Shown piece by piece: positions 26,878 to 39,205 of a stretch of DNA of 64,000 bases. The notes under the pieces were generated by a model. It had not been told where the DNA came from. It saw only the letters and a program-made list of their open reading frames with translations, and ran no database searches. Every line of letters begins with the position of its first letter. The stretch's first letter is position 1. Made by a program: the position numbers and the translations under genes. Origin of the DNA: Vicugna vicugna (taxonomy: Eukaryota); the NCBI GenBank assembly GCA_013265495.1, contig MU058009.1:2993780-3057779 (forward strand), written 5' to 3'.

Positions 26878-27380
26878 TGCGATGGTGACTTTTCTGTGTC
26901 AGTCTGATTGGGTCACGGGGCCCCCAGGGTTGGTTAAACGTTGTTCTGGGTGCGTCTGTGAGGGTGACTCGGGGTGAGATAAATACCTCAGTTGGTTGGC
27001 TGAGGGAAACAGGTTGCTCTCGGTGTGGGTGGGCCCCGTCCAACCCACCCAGGTCCTGAATAGAACATAAAGGCTGAGCAAGAGTGAATTCACTCTCTGC
27101 CTGACCATCTTCGAGCTTGGACACTGGCCTCCTTCTGCCTTCGGACTCAGACTTGGACTGAAACTTACCCCACGAGCTCTCCTCGTTCTCAGGTCTTTGG
27201 ACCAGAACCACACCATCGACTGTCCTGGGCTCCTGGCTTGTTGGCTGCAGGCCTTGCGATTCATCCATAACCATGTGCGCCAGTTCCTTCTGATGCATCC
27301 TGCTCTATCTCCATCTCTACATCTGCAACTATATTTCTGTCTCCTACTGGTTCTGTATCAGTCCTACATCCAGACTGATA
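26878..27380 (+). mobile_element. MLT2 (ERVL) solo LTR
   Basis: Starts tgcgatggtgacttttctgtgtca; contains tgtgggtgggcc...gaatagaaca...aggctgagcaagagtgaattc...ccttcggactc; ends ctactggttctgt...gactgata. Confidence 0.85.
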
Positions 27381-27989
27381 GGCCCAGCAGGGAGCTTGGA
27401 TTTCATAATTTGTAATGTATTTGCTTGTTTGATCAGTCATCAGTCATGTTAACCGTTTCCCCTCACTTTCCCCAGCCGACTCCTGCTGCGGGGAGACCAC
27501 CCTCACCTCTCTGGGGCTCTGACGCCCTGTGCTGGCTGTCCTTTTAGACAGGGGCCTCTTTGCCCAGCTTGGGCCCAGAGACCCCTCTGAGGCCCGCTGG
27601 CTGTAATTTCCCCATCTCTGAGCAGTGTCACGGTTTGGGCCGCTCCCACCTGACCCGCCGTATTTAGCGCTCTGCTTTCTTCAGGTGGACAAACTATCTC
27701 CCCCGGGGTAGTTAGTCCACTCCAGAATTTCAGCCTCCTTCCCTGGCATTCCTTATGCTTGTCTCAGCCTTCATGTTCATTTCATCCCCTACTTTATGTT
27801 GGAGAAAACCAGAAACTGAGATCTTAAGACTTGGACTTGAACTTCTTAATCTTCTTCCTTGAAATTGCCTGCTTTTCAACCCACTAACCTGTAGTTTCTG
27901 TCCCTTTAAGTGCTGTCAGAATTGACCTGGCAAAGATCTTCATGGTCCCCATTCACTAAACCCAGTCGACTCATGGATGTGAAGGGGCA

Positions 27990-28215
27990 CAGGGACTCTG
28001 TAGTCGGACAGAGTAGAGTTTGAGCCCCAGCTTCCTCTTTTACTGTCTCTCATACAAGTTACATACGTTCTTCAAGGACCAGTGTCCTCGTCTAGTACGT
28101 GGAAGGGAATACTTGCACCTTCTTACCAGGATTGCTATGAAAATTCAGTGCGGTGTTTGGGGAGTGTTTGAACCCATGTGTTGGACAGTACGAAGTGCTC
28201 TTTAAAAATTGCCTA
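27990..28215 (+). mobile_element. MIR SINE, diverged
   Basis: gactctgtagtcggacaga...gtttgagccccagct...caagttac...caggattgctatgaaaatt...aagtgctc. Confidence 0.6.
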
Positions 28216-28379
28216 CTGTGAGTACATCATAAAGCCTGAGCTCGGGGCACTGGCTCCTGCCTGCCCTCTGCCCTCGCTTCCTCCTGCAGCCCTGTGCCCT
28301 GCCCACCCCGTACCTTTATGCTTCAATTAGAGCGGACTGCCTGGAGCTTCCCAAACCCCCCCACCCCCCTGTCCCACCT

Positions 28380-28700
28380 CTGTTTCTGTGCTTGCTCTTC
28401 CTTTGACCAAGAGTGTCCTTCACCCATTCCTCATCTGGTTGAACTCCCAGCCATCTCTGGAACCTAATTCCCGAGTCATCACCCGGTGGAAGCCCACGCT
28501 CCACTTCCGCAGAGGAGTTCCCTTTCTCCTCTGTGCGGTCTTTGCACTTGCTAGTATTTCCGTGTTGCTCTGCCACACTGCGCCGTATCTTATTGTTAGC
28601 ATTGTCACCGCCAACCGCAGACTCCTTCCCTCTGCCTCTGTTCCTCTGTGTGTGCCGTGCATCTTAGGCAGTCAACAATATTCATTGCACGAAAACATGG
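28380..28700 (+). mobile_element. L2 3' fragment
   Basis: cttgctcttcctttgacc...catctggttgaactcc...ttaggcagtcaacaatattcattg. Confidence 0.4.
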
Positions 28701-31518
28701 AAGGAGGAGAAGCTTAGAATTAGCAGAGCCAGGAGTTGAAATCAAGACTTTTGATTACTAACCTACATTTCCTTCACTGATATCCGCTAAAGTCACAAGC
28801 GCATCACGTCAGTTTTCGAGTTGTCACCTAGTGTCTCACGGCCTTGCACTGACCCTGAGAGTGAGACGTACTGCTTAGCATTAGAAAATTTTGAGATCCC
28901 AGTCCATCTCTAAGGAGTTGTGCAAAAAAGGAATGAAAGTGCATCAGAAATCAGGGGGGATGTGGAAGGTTCCATGGCTGAAGGCAGTAACCTCCAAAGC
29001 CCCCACCAAAGACAAAATAAAAACTCTTTTAAAAATCTCTGTGAAAAGAGAAAGACACTTAAAAAAATTGGTATTAACGTGACCTCCAGGCTGTGTTTAT
29101 TGAAGAAATCTTAGGTCCATAATCAAAACAGTGTTTTATCATTTCCCCTCTGGGCTGGTCACAAGCTACAAACTGGATCATTTGACACATCTCGCACACT
29201 TGAAACTTACACTGAAACTCTGCCATTTTAACTGTACAAAGAAAAATAACTTTTCAAAGCCCCCCACATATATATTTTCTGATTCATCCTTTTGATATTT
29301 TACTTGGACCAAAACCCAAATCCACTTGGTTTTCTCCAAGCACACATTTGGGCTACTTTCCATCAGTGTTCTTGGAAATGGTTTTTCCTTTTGACATGCT
29401 GTACGTTCAGTATGAACCTGGTCGGCACCATCACAGGCCGTGCCATGGGCGCCCTCGTGGGCTGTCAGGAGCATCGCTGAGGTAGTGTGTCTCCACTTAG
29501 GTTGAGCCGCTGCTTAGCTTTGCAGTATTCAGAAAAGCGCACTTGTGTGTGTGGTGGTGGTGGTGGTGGTAGGGTGTTTATGGCAGAGTGAGTGAGGATT
29601 GTATTTGCTGGGGGCAAGTGCTGGCTTAGCATGTTTTTCGGAGGGTTTGGAGAATTTCTGTGGCTTGTTTGCTGATATGCATGACAGTCAGAACATGTTT
29701 TGGGAAGATCTGTGTGTGTTTTCACTTATCTGCGGGAGCGCCCTAAGTAGAGGAGACTTAGCGTGGGGAGACGTCGTGTCTCCTGGGTGAGGCAGGCAGA
29801 GGGCATTTGTTAGGAGAGAATGGAAAGCCCGTCAAAGCTGGGCAGATTTTCACCTTCTTTTCCAAGAGAAAGAAGAGTCGGCTGTTCCGCTGCTGTGGGG
29901 TTTGACCGTGGCAGCTTCTAGGAATGGGGCAGCCCTTCGGGGGCATGAGCCGGAAAAATGGAGCTCGCTTTGCTTTTGCTCGTGGTCAGGATGCCAAGCT
30001 CCTTGTTTCCCAGGCTACCCAATGGGTCCACTTCTACCACTGAATAGAACTCAGCTCCTCCACGAACCCTTTCCCAGCCTCAGCTCCGCTGTACATCAGG
30101 TCCCCCTGGACCCACCCCATCTTCCTACCCTGTAACTGGCCTTTGCCCCATGCCCTTTACCCTTGCGCCCCATCTCCTCTCTCTTCTTTCCCGATCTTGT
30201 CTCTTTGTTGCCGGTCCTGGCTGTCTTCTTGCCGTCTGTTCAGCCTGTCTGGTTCTGGTTTTGCCCCCGTCTTCCCTATTGTCTCTCCCTTCTGCTGGCC
30301 TGTGGGCTCTGCCTTCCTCGTCCATGCCGGCTCATCTTCGCTGTTCTGCTTTTTCTCCCCCAGACCCGGGGTCTGTGTTGTCAAACGGGGACCCAGAAAA
30401 GCACTGACTGGGAAGGAAGACTGTTGCTGATAGATGCAACCGAAGGTTCCGAAGGTCCGAAGGTTCCTGCTTTTCTTTGTCTGCCCAGGGACCCCTGCTG
30501 CTTGCATGATATGTGGTTTCCTGCATTTGGCCTGTGCCCCTCCTTTCTGCCCAATTCCTGCCATTTGGTCTGTGTCCCCCTTTCTCTGCTCATATCTAGC
30601 TACCTGCCTGCTCTAACAAGACCACAGCCGAAGACTGGAGAGACGTACACGGCACGAGAGGCAGGAGCTATTGGAATTCCCTGGAAGAATTCGAGTTCTT
30701 TTAACTTGGGCTGCTCTTAACACACTATGGGAGACTCAGAGCCGGGCAAGTGATGATGTTGCCTTGGCTCATTGCAGCTCGGTTTTAATAAATGTTACAG
30801 CTGGATACACTGACCCAGGGATTTTAAAGTCCTCCTGATGCTGAGATCGTATGGTTGGTAGAAGATCACAGCTGTAATATTTTAAAATCCAGTGTTGCCT
30901 ATAATCAAAAGTGTTATAACTGTCTTTTCTAATTGTGGCCCGAGGCCTGCTTTTACATCCTTGCTGCGAAGAGGAACTTCTGCAGCGTTGTTTGACAGGC
31001 GCTGCTTTCCTTCCATCCGGCCCCTGCTGCGGCCGGGGCCGGGAGCTCCAGCACACCCAGAGCTTTCCGAGAGGCCAGGGTCTCTGCTTTCCAATCCCTC
31101 CCACAGTTTGAGGGGGAGATGAGGCACCAGTGCTCTCATTCCAGTGTTGCTGTGGCTTCAAAACAGCGTGAAGCAGGCTGAGAACGGCCCTGCCCCAGCC
31201 TGGGTACCCGCCCAGTCCTGAAGAGGCCCTGTCTGTCAGAACCCTCCGCTTGCTTGGCCAGAGTACGAGGTGTGCACATGGCTGTCAGGGTCTCCTCCAG
31301 GAACAACCTCTAGTTCTTGGAGGACATCCTTCCTAGGATCTGCCGCCAGAGTCCAAGTTGCTGCCAGGGATGGGACTGCATCTTGGCTGGCATCTGACCA
31401 GGTGTGATGGTGAATTTTATGTGTCACCTTGGCTGGGCCATAGTACCCGGAAATTTGGTCAAATGCCAGTCTGGATGTTGCCGTGAAGGTGCGATTAACA
31501 TTTAAATCAGGAGACTTT

Positions 31519-31651
31519 TCTTTTTTTTGCAGGGGGAGGTCATTAGGTATGTATGTATGTATGTATTTATAATGGAGGTGCTGGGGATTGAACCCAGGAC
31601 CTTATGCATGGTAGGCATGCACTCTACCACTGAGCTAGACCCTCTCCCCCC
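31519..31651 (-). mobile_element. Camelid tRNA-derived SINE (Vic-1-like) with 16-bp TSD
   Basis: ggaggtgctggggattgaacccaggacc...gcactctaccactgagcta; TSD taaatcaggagacttt at 31503-31518 and 31652-31667. Confidence 0.92.
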
Positions 31652-31914
31652 TAAATCAGGAGACTTTGAGCAAGGCAAGTTACGCTCCCTAATGGAAGTG
31701 GGCCTTGTGCAGACAGTTGAAGGCTGAAGAGGAAACAGCCTGAGGTCCCCCCAGGAAGAAGGAACTCTGCCTCTAAATGGCCTTTAGACTTGAGACTGTA
31801 ACGTAGCTCCTCCCTAGGTTTCCAGACTGCCGACTACCCTGCAGATCTTGGACTTGCCAGTCTCCACAGTCACGTGAGCCACTTCCTTAAAACAAATCTC
31901 TCTCTCTGTCTCTA

Positions 31915-32129
31915 CAGTTGACCCTTGAACAACGTGGATTTAAACTGCACAGGTTCACTTATACGCGGAGTTTCTCAGTCAATACACACTACAGTCTCCA
32001 CGATCTGCAGTTGGTTGGATCCGTGGACTTGGAACCACGAATGGAGGGCAACTGCAAAGTTCCAGGAGGGTTTTCGACTGCGTGTGGGGACGGGCGCCCC
32101 CAGCCCCCGTGTTGTTCAAGGGTCAGCTG
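31915..32129 (+). mobile_element. MER8/Tigger2-derived non-autonomous DNA transposon (TcMar)
   Basis: TIRs cagttgacccttgaacaac ... gttgttcaagggtcagctg; TA on both sides (31913-14, 32130-31). Confidence 0.9.
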
Positions 32130-33319
32130 TATGCGCACACACCTACCCTGTTGGTTCTCTTTCTCTGGAGAACCCCGACTGACACACCAGGCAAGGGCTC
32201 ATCTGGACGGGGCAGAAGTTACCCTTTATTTCATTGGTTAATTTATCCCCACAAAGAGACCCTTATAGCAACTCACTGAGTGTCCAAGGGTATATTCGGT
32301 CTTAGACGGTTGACTGTGTTGGTGACGATGAGTTCTCCCAACGCTGGGGTGACCACCTTTTTCGGTTTGCTTGGGGCTGGGTGGTCTCCCGGGATGTGGA
32401 ATGTTTAGGACTAAAAGTAGGAAGCCCAGGAATAGAGCGGGCAACCTACTCAATTTTAACAGCGTGGATTATTGATTTTTCTCTGCTCAAATACCCAACA
32501 CTTTTGAGAACGCTGCAGAGAGCTCCCCTGGTGGACTTACTGAAAAACTGCCTAATATCCCGTCTCTGTGGTTTTTGATACAGTGAGCGTTCAACCCCTA
32601 TCACAGACGTGTCGTTTCAAGGCCCTGGGGTTGCATCCAAGAACCAGTCAGAGCCTCGCGTAAACATACACTCCTAATGTCCCTGAAGCACTTTAATTAC
32701 GAGTGTGCCTTCTGCCAGCAAGTGCATTTACACCCTGGCCGTAGCACAGTCTTGAGGTTCTCAACGCCGGTTGCCACAAGCCCCTGCAGACCCTGCCCAG
32801 GCCCAGTTAGGTGGGCATGGTGCTTGGAAAAGCCACAGCTGTGTCTCTATGAAGGCAAGGGCTGAACCCTTCCTTCTCAAATGCTGTGCTTCGTGGCTTC
32901 CAGTTTCCCAGCAAATTCCCCTGTGACTGTCACAGCCCTCCAAGAGCCCCTACACTGAAGGTTTCACGCCATGGTCCCTCCTTGCGACTGGCTCCTGAGT
33001 GGAATGTCTGTGCCCAAGTCCCTGGACAGAATCTATCCTGGTTCAGGCCCCTTCTTGCCAGACTCCTTTCCTTTAGGGCATTGTCCCTTGGCCACCCAGT
33101 CTGTAAGACTGGGTGACAGAGACAGCTGGGCGTGGGCACCCTGATCGCCCTGTTCCCCTCCTTTCTGAGGCCGTGTGAGCCACAGTCTCACAGAGAGACT
33201 GAGGTCTGGAGGCCCCCCAGCCTTCAGGCCCTCCCAGCCCAGGCAGTTCCACGTGGCATGTGGCTTTTGATGTGAGAAACTACATGTTGCGGATTTTTGT
33301 GTTTTTGTTTGCCAGACAC

Positions 33320-33870
33320 TAAACTGCAGCGCTCGGAAAAGCCGAAGCCCCGCGCGCTCTCAGCCACTCGCGGCTGCTGAGCGCGGGGCACGCGCTCACG
33401 CGGGCACGGGCCCCGCAGACGGAGGCCGCAGCTCCAGGCGCCTGCGCGCGGCGGGTGACGCCGCCTCCCCTCTGCAGACTGGGGGACGGGCTCCCGGAGG
33501 TTGCGTGGTGTGTCCCAGGTGCTACGGCAAGTACGCGACAAGACTGAGCTTCGGTCCTCGGTTTTCTGGTTCACTCCAAACGCCCGTCTCCTTCCTCCGA
33601 TGCCTCACAGCGCAACAAGTCACACACACGTGATTCGCTTCAGGCTTGGGTTCATCCCCTGCGAACTCAACATTAGGACAGTGGGATAGAAGGTAAAAAA
33701 CGGCCACAGATACTCCTTCCCCCGTAGGACCGTTCACACCCTGTGGGCCTGCGGCCCTCCCGCCGTGGGGCGGAGGCTTGCTCGTCCCTCCCGGAACCTG
33801 GCCAGCGCGACGTCAGCAGATGCGATGCAGATGCGGACTGAACGTAGAGGGGTGCGGTCTCGGACCAACC
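33320..33870. promoter_or_regulatory. Small CpG island, candidate promoter/enhancer
   Basis: Densest CpG patch I saw; NRF1-like gcgcctgcgc 33438-33447, GC box ggggcggag 33767-33775, ETS core ccggaa 33791-33796, CRE-like cgacgtca 33808-33815. Confidence 0.6.
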
Positions 33871-34413
33871 AGCTCCCAGCTCACCCTCCAGCTGACTGGT
33901 TGCCTGACTCCAGGAGAGACTGCTTAGCTGAACCTGCTTCATTAGGCACAGATTTATGAGCGAATAAATAATTCGGCTCGCATGTTACACAGCACCAGAT
34001 GACTGATACGGAGGGCACAGGGGCAGCAAACGCGCACCCACACACCCACCACCCTCACACCCGCCACGTATGCACACGGTAGACAGTCGTATGTGGAACC
34101 AGCTATGTTGGTATTTTGCGCCCCACTAAGGGGAGAAGGCTCACTGATAAACCCCCAGAGAGGATCCCACTGCAAGGCTGGGCCTTCATTCCTGAATTTT
34201 CTCCCTCTTTCTATTACTTCCCGTTACCTTCTCATTTCAGACTCCATGTGTCCAGTGTTCCGGGGCTGGGTGGGGGCCTGGGGGAGGGATGTGGAGCCCT
34301 TCCCTGGGACCCTCACTCCTCTGGAAGGCAATGAAGTACTAGTTCTCCGGTTCATTCTTCTCTTTTGCAAGTTCTAAAGCTGCAAATATTTTAAGAATGC
34401 ACCTTATGAGTCT

Positions 34414-34504
34414 GGGGGCAGGTAATAGCTCAGTGGTAGAGCACAAGCTTAGCGTGTGTGAGGTCCTGGGTTTTATCCCCAGTACTTCCATTAAAAAATA
34501 AAGC
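34414..34504 (+). mobile_element. Camelid tRNA-derived SINE (Vic-1-like)
   Basis: gggggcaggtaatagctcagtggtagagcacaagcttagc...gaggtcctgggttttatccccagtacttcc plus A tail; probable TSD aagaatg(c/t)acc. Confidence 0.9.
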
Positions 34505-34571
34505 AAGAATGTACCGTTTTCCTCCCTTCCTTCCTTCTGTTGAGCTCTGAGTTCAGTGTCTCCTGCTTTTG

Positions 34572-34574
<3 letters not shown>

Positions 34575-34609
<35 letters not shown>
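34575..34609. repeat. (TG)17 microsatellite
   Basis: Uninterrupted TG run. Confidence 0.95.
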
Positions 34610-34611
<2 letters not shown>

Positions 34612-35053
34612 GGGAGAGAATAGGAGTGGGAGAAACCGTGCTCTGATCCCTCTATGAGTGGAGGGTGGGGTTGGTGAGAAAATGTTGAGAAGTTTCCACT
34701 CCAGGGTGTAGTTGGTTTGTATATGAGTATGACGATGAATTTCCTGCCGAATACTAATTCTGCCTTCCTCTCATTTGGTCGACATGAGCAATTACAAGAG
34801 AAATTTGCATTTCTCTTTGGAACATGGCATAGGCCTTTTTCCTTACGACCTAAGAAACCCTGTCTATTTAAACTTTCTATCCAGGGGAAAACAATACCAT
34901 TTATACAAGTTATAAATTCCTTTCCCTCCCTAGATCCAGTTTATCATAGTTACTGTACTGTGTTATGTTTGGTCACTCAGGGAGTGCATTATAATTTAAA
35001 ATGAAAGCATAAACATTATCTCAGATTGTCAATCATTTTTTCCTACTATGTCT

Positions 35054-35182
35054 GTTTTTACTGAAGTATAGTCAGTTACGACGTGTCAGTCTCTGGCACA
35101 CAGCATAATGTTTCAGTCACACATGTACATACATATATTTCTTTTCACGTTCTTTTTCGTTATAGCTTACTACAAGATATCA
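35054..35182 (-). mobile_element. Very short L1 3' tail with 10-bp TSD
   Basis: tttactgaagtatagtcagttac...ttactacaagatat; TSD tactatgtct at 35044-35053 and 35183-35192. Confidence 0.85.
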
Positions 35183-35255
35183 TACTATGTCTTAAAAAAA
35201 AAAGCAACAAGATTTGGTCTGATATTTTGGTTGAAACCACCCAGCAACCATCTGA

Positions 35256-35470
35256 GCACGCGATAGCAAACTTTCTGTAAGAGATAAGGTAGTAAATATT
35301 TCAAGCTTTGCTTTCATGTGGTTTCTGTCGGAACTGCTCAACTCTGCTGTCGTAGAGAACTGTGAGTCAACAGTAAATGAGTAAGCATGGCTGTGTGCCA
35401 GGAAAGCTTTGTTTTAAAAAGCTGGTACAGGCTAGATCTGGCTTAGCAGGTCCTAGTGTGCCAGCCCCTG
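35256..35470 (-). mobile_element. MER58A (hAT-Charlie) DNA transposon
   Basis: gcaaactttctgtaa...tagtaaatattt...actgctcaactctgctgtcgtag...catggctgtgtgcca...tgccagcccctg. Confidence 0.85.
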
Positions 35471-35564
35471 ACCCAGAACGTGGGCATTCTGAGCAGCAGG
35501 CGCACTGTCCTCGGGGTCAGGAACGAGCCTTCCCGAGATGCGTTTACTTATACACACAGGACAC

Positions 35565-35900
35565 TGGTGTTGGAAAGGACCTCTGATGGCATCTGGTCTC
35601 TCCCTCTTACTTTACAGGTGGAGCAACAGGGGCTCAGAAAAGTGAAGCAAGATCAACCCAGAGTTAGGAGACAGAACTCTTTCTCCTGCCTCGTAGCCAA
35701 TCGCCAGGTATCCTTCTTTGAAAACTTCCAGCAAATTTCCAAGAGCCTTTAACAGTAATAACAGCTAACATCTGTATATCATTTTATGATTTATTATGGT
35801 AGGTCATGGTCTCTTCTCTTGTACGTGGACAGACTGAGCTCATTGGCTTCAGTGACTTGCTCATGACTGCAGAATCAGTAAGTGGTGGGTCCAGGAACAC
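35565..35900 (-). mobile_element. MIR fragments
   Basis: ttggaaaggacctctga...actttacaggtggagcaacaggggctcaga and cagtgacttgctcatgac...cagtaagtggtg. Confidence 0.55.
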
Positions 35901-37899
35901 TCCTGCCTTTACACTCTGAGACTGGTCCTCTTTTTAGCTGCTTCCAGCATGATTGGCTTGTAGACTCATTTCTGCAGATGATGCTCCCCTTGCATCTATC
36001 TGGCAAGATGCACAACTAGTGAAGTAGGGAGAAGGGGGTACCTTCCCATTTAATTGGTAGCTTTGGTCCTGTATGTGCTCCTGGGTAGAGCAATGGAGGT
36101 GATCCTTCTTGGCTCCTGTCTTTGGGGATCTGATCCCGGAAGGCTGCACCTGGCTGGTGTGAGATCTGCCAGTGATCTCAGCACTGGAAGTTAAGGATCT
36201 CCAGGATTTCCTGGCACTGCCCCTTTAAATGCAAGAATCTGGAATCCACATAAGCTTTTGCTGCATAGGCTCTCAGGGATTAGAGACTGCAAGGCACTTA
36301 GTGAAGAGTTAATACAGAATTAAAGTCGTTAAATACATAATAATTCAAGCTCAGCTCTAGAAATGCTTTCTGCAGCCTGTCTTGTTTTCCTGGGTTGGGG
36401 GGTGGGGAGGGGGTGCAGAAAGGGTGAGTTTGTGCATCCAGGGACCAGGTACTCCTGGGGCAGGAAGTCCAGGGTGCCCAGAGACAAGGCACCACCTGGT
36501 ATCTATCAGTTTCTTCTAGCCTCTCTGTGACAACCTGCCAGGGCTGTGGTGCCTGGCAACCTCCTCCCACTCACATTCCTGAGCGCTGCTGAGCCCAGCC
36601 CAGCTAAGCTCAGCCTGCCAAGCAGGCCTGCACACAGAGCACGGTGAACTGCCTGCAAGAATGCAGGGGCCGAGGCCAAGGCCTGCTTGGGTTTATGATC
36701 ATTTATTGTGGTGTATTTGTTTAATTGTGTTTTCAGTTTCTTCTTTATTTCCCTTCCTTGCTCTTGGATGGCTTATGACAAGACTTTCTGGCATCACATC
36801 TAATTATGCTATTTTAAAATTCTCCCTTCACTTTCAATTTACTGGCAAATATTTTTCAACAAACTTGATGGGATTAAAACAAAATTGGCCAGATGGCTTC
36901 TTTGCACCTAATTTAGCACAGTCCCGGGGTGCCAGACTTCCAGGGCACAGGGGCCCGTTCTCCCCTCACTCACTTCCTTGAGCTGCTCTACTCTGTTCTG
37001 CCTTTTATGCTGATCAAATCTGGAAGTGGATTTAAGGAAATGCACAGATGTTCCTGAGCTAAGGGGAGCCCTGAGGCCGTAGGGTTTGGCAGAGAAATGC
37101 AGCCATGTGCTGGGAGGGGCTCTAAGTGGCGTGAAGGGTCATCCCTTGTCTTCCAGCTCTGCTTCCTAGAGCCCAGCTAACAAGGGGGGTAGATGGACTA
37201 GAAACACAAGGCCGGACCTGGGTCTCATGTTCCACCCCTGTTGTGTTCACTGTCTCAATTTGTTAGAGGGTATGAGAACTTTCTGGTTAATACTTAGATT
37301 TGTCCATCCAGCTAGTATTTCCTGAGTTCCTCTGATGTGCCAGGCACGGACAGAGAAGCTAGGATATCGTTGTGAGTCAGTTTTGCACTATCAGAACCTG
37401 TGGCTTCTTTAGTGGAAAATATTAAATAAAGGGAAATCTTTCATAACCCACAAGGAAATTAGGAGCTTTGGACTTACCGTATTTCTCCTTCATAGATATT
37501 AGGTTCTTCCTTGAATCTTCAATCCCAAATAGCATAGCTACATGAACACAGGTGTTCACCGACTCCGCGCTGCTCAGGCTCCAGCCCGTGAGTGAGGGTG
37601 CAAGCGGATCCGATGCTGACCAGCGGAATTTGCTGACCTGGCTCCCTCTTTAACTGTAATGTTAGCTAAAGATATTACTCTAGGACAAACGTAAGCTTTG
37701 AACATCAAGCACCGAAGGACAGTGATAAAGCAAGAAACAGACGAGGGGAGCCCAACCGTTGTCCCAGCTTACTATCTGGAAAATATTTTCAGGTCGTGAT
37801 GCAGTTGAGAGGAACCCGGGCAGGGCACAGTTTCTCCCCCAGGTTGAGAAGGCGGAGCAGGGAGAGCAGGAAGGCCAAGACCGCGAGAATTATCAGGGA

Positions 37900-38794
37900 A
37901 GACACCGGAGAGGAGAGACATGCACAGAAAGGGATTTCCCTTCAAGTGTTCAGTTGAGTACTGATCAGGCCATACATGTGAGGAAACTGTCCAAAGCTGG
38001 GGGAAGAATCACCTTGAAAGGATTAAGGAAAAACCGTAACCGAATGTCACATGGGGTTAGAATATTGCCTGTTCCCCAAATCCACAGTAGAAACATCTCA
38101 TAATCGAAGAAAATCTCATAATTTACAGTTTTAAGAAGAATCTTGCCTCAATAGTGGGGAAAATTTCTCCTACATAAAATGCAGCTCTGCTTTCCACGTA
38201 ACAAAGTTTGAAGCAAATTCTGGAAGGTTCACATGTTTTTAAGTACCTTAGTTATAGTCTAGGGTCCAACTTAAGGACACAAAACATCCAGCACTTGACA
38301 AGGTAAACGTCACAATATCTGGCATCCTTTAAATAATTACTAAATTTGCAAAGAAACAGGAAAATGAAACTCATAATTGGGAGAAAAAAATCAACCAGAA
38401 GTGACACAGAAATGATAAAGATGATAGGATTCATGGAAAAGGACACCAGGACAGTAATTGTGACTGCATTCCACAGACTCAGAAAGGTGGAGGAAAGACA
38501 GGACACATTACGTAGAGTCAGAACAAACTTAAGAAAACACACAAATCAGACTTTCAGAAGTGAAGATTGCGGTGCCTGAGATTTAAAAACACACCGAATG
38601 GGACGAATGACAGATTAGATGCTGCAGGAGAAACGGTTAGACACCGGAGGACATAGTCACCGAAGCTATGTGAAACAAAACGCAGAAAGGAAAAAATGCC
38701 AAAGAAGAAAGAGCAGACCACGAGTGGGCTGTGAGACAAGCCAAGTGGCCGAGGAGCTGTGGGACAGAGTCCCTCGAAGAGAGGAGGGGGCACG

Positions 38795-38831
<37 letters not shown>

Positions 38832-38910
38832 CGGAATAAACAGTGGCAAAATTTTGTTCTAATGTATGGAAATAATAAATTTACAGACCCAAGAAGTTAA
38901 GTAAACTACA
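37900..38910 (+). mobile_element. Ancient L1 5' region/ORF1 fragment
   Basis: A-rich ORF1-like text (aaaatcaacc...acacagaaatgataaagatgatagg...cagattagatgctgcaggagaa...acagacccaagaag); A33 run at 38797-38829. Confidence 0.7.
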
Positions 38911-38914
38911 ATAT

Positions 38915-39205
38915 GAAAACAGAAGTAGACTCATAGACATAGAAAACAAATGTATGGTTACCAGGGGGGAAAGGGAGTGGGGAGGGCTACATTAGGTGAA
39001 CAGATACACACTACTATACAAAAAATAGGTTAACAACGAGGATTCACTGTGCACCACAGGGAGCCATGTTCAGTATCTTGTAATATAGCCTTTCATGGAA
39101 AAGAATCTGAAAAAGAAAAAGTATATATGTATAACTGAATCACTTTGCTGTACACCCCAGACTAACACAACATTGAAAACCAACTGTACCACGGTTACAA
39201 ACAAA
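38915..39205 (+). mobile_element. L1 3'UTR fragment
   Basis: aaaacagaagtagactcatagacatagaaaacaaa...atgtataactgaatcactttgctgtacacc...aacacaacattg. Confidence 0.9.

Larger units (their letters stand above)
31403..32186 (+). mobile_element. MLT2 (ERVL) solo LTR with 5-bp TSD, hosting two later insertions
   Basis: TG...CA ends (tgtgatggtgaattttatgtgtca ... ctggagaaccccgactgacaca); TSD ccagg at 31398-31402 and 32187-32191. Confidence 0.9.

Noticed and set aside
29476..29519. let-7-like seed tgaggtagt in a weak hairpin
   Set aside because: Only the first 9 nt match let-7; the stem is short and G:U-rich, not a pre-miRNA.
30143..30720. Cluster of long ORFs including 185 aa
   Set aside because: Pyrimidine-rich, low-complexity strand lacking stop codons; no protein signature.
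38797..38829. A33 run as the tail of a processed pseudogene
   Set aside because: No TSD or upstream mRNA-like sequence; it lies inside an A-rich L1 ORF1 remnant and is probably an expanded homopolymer.
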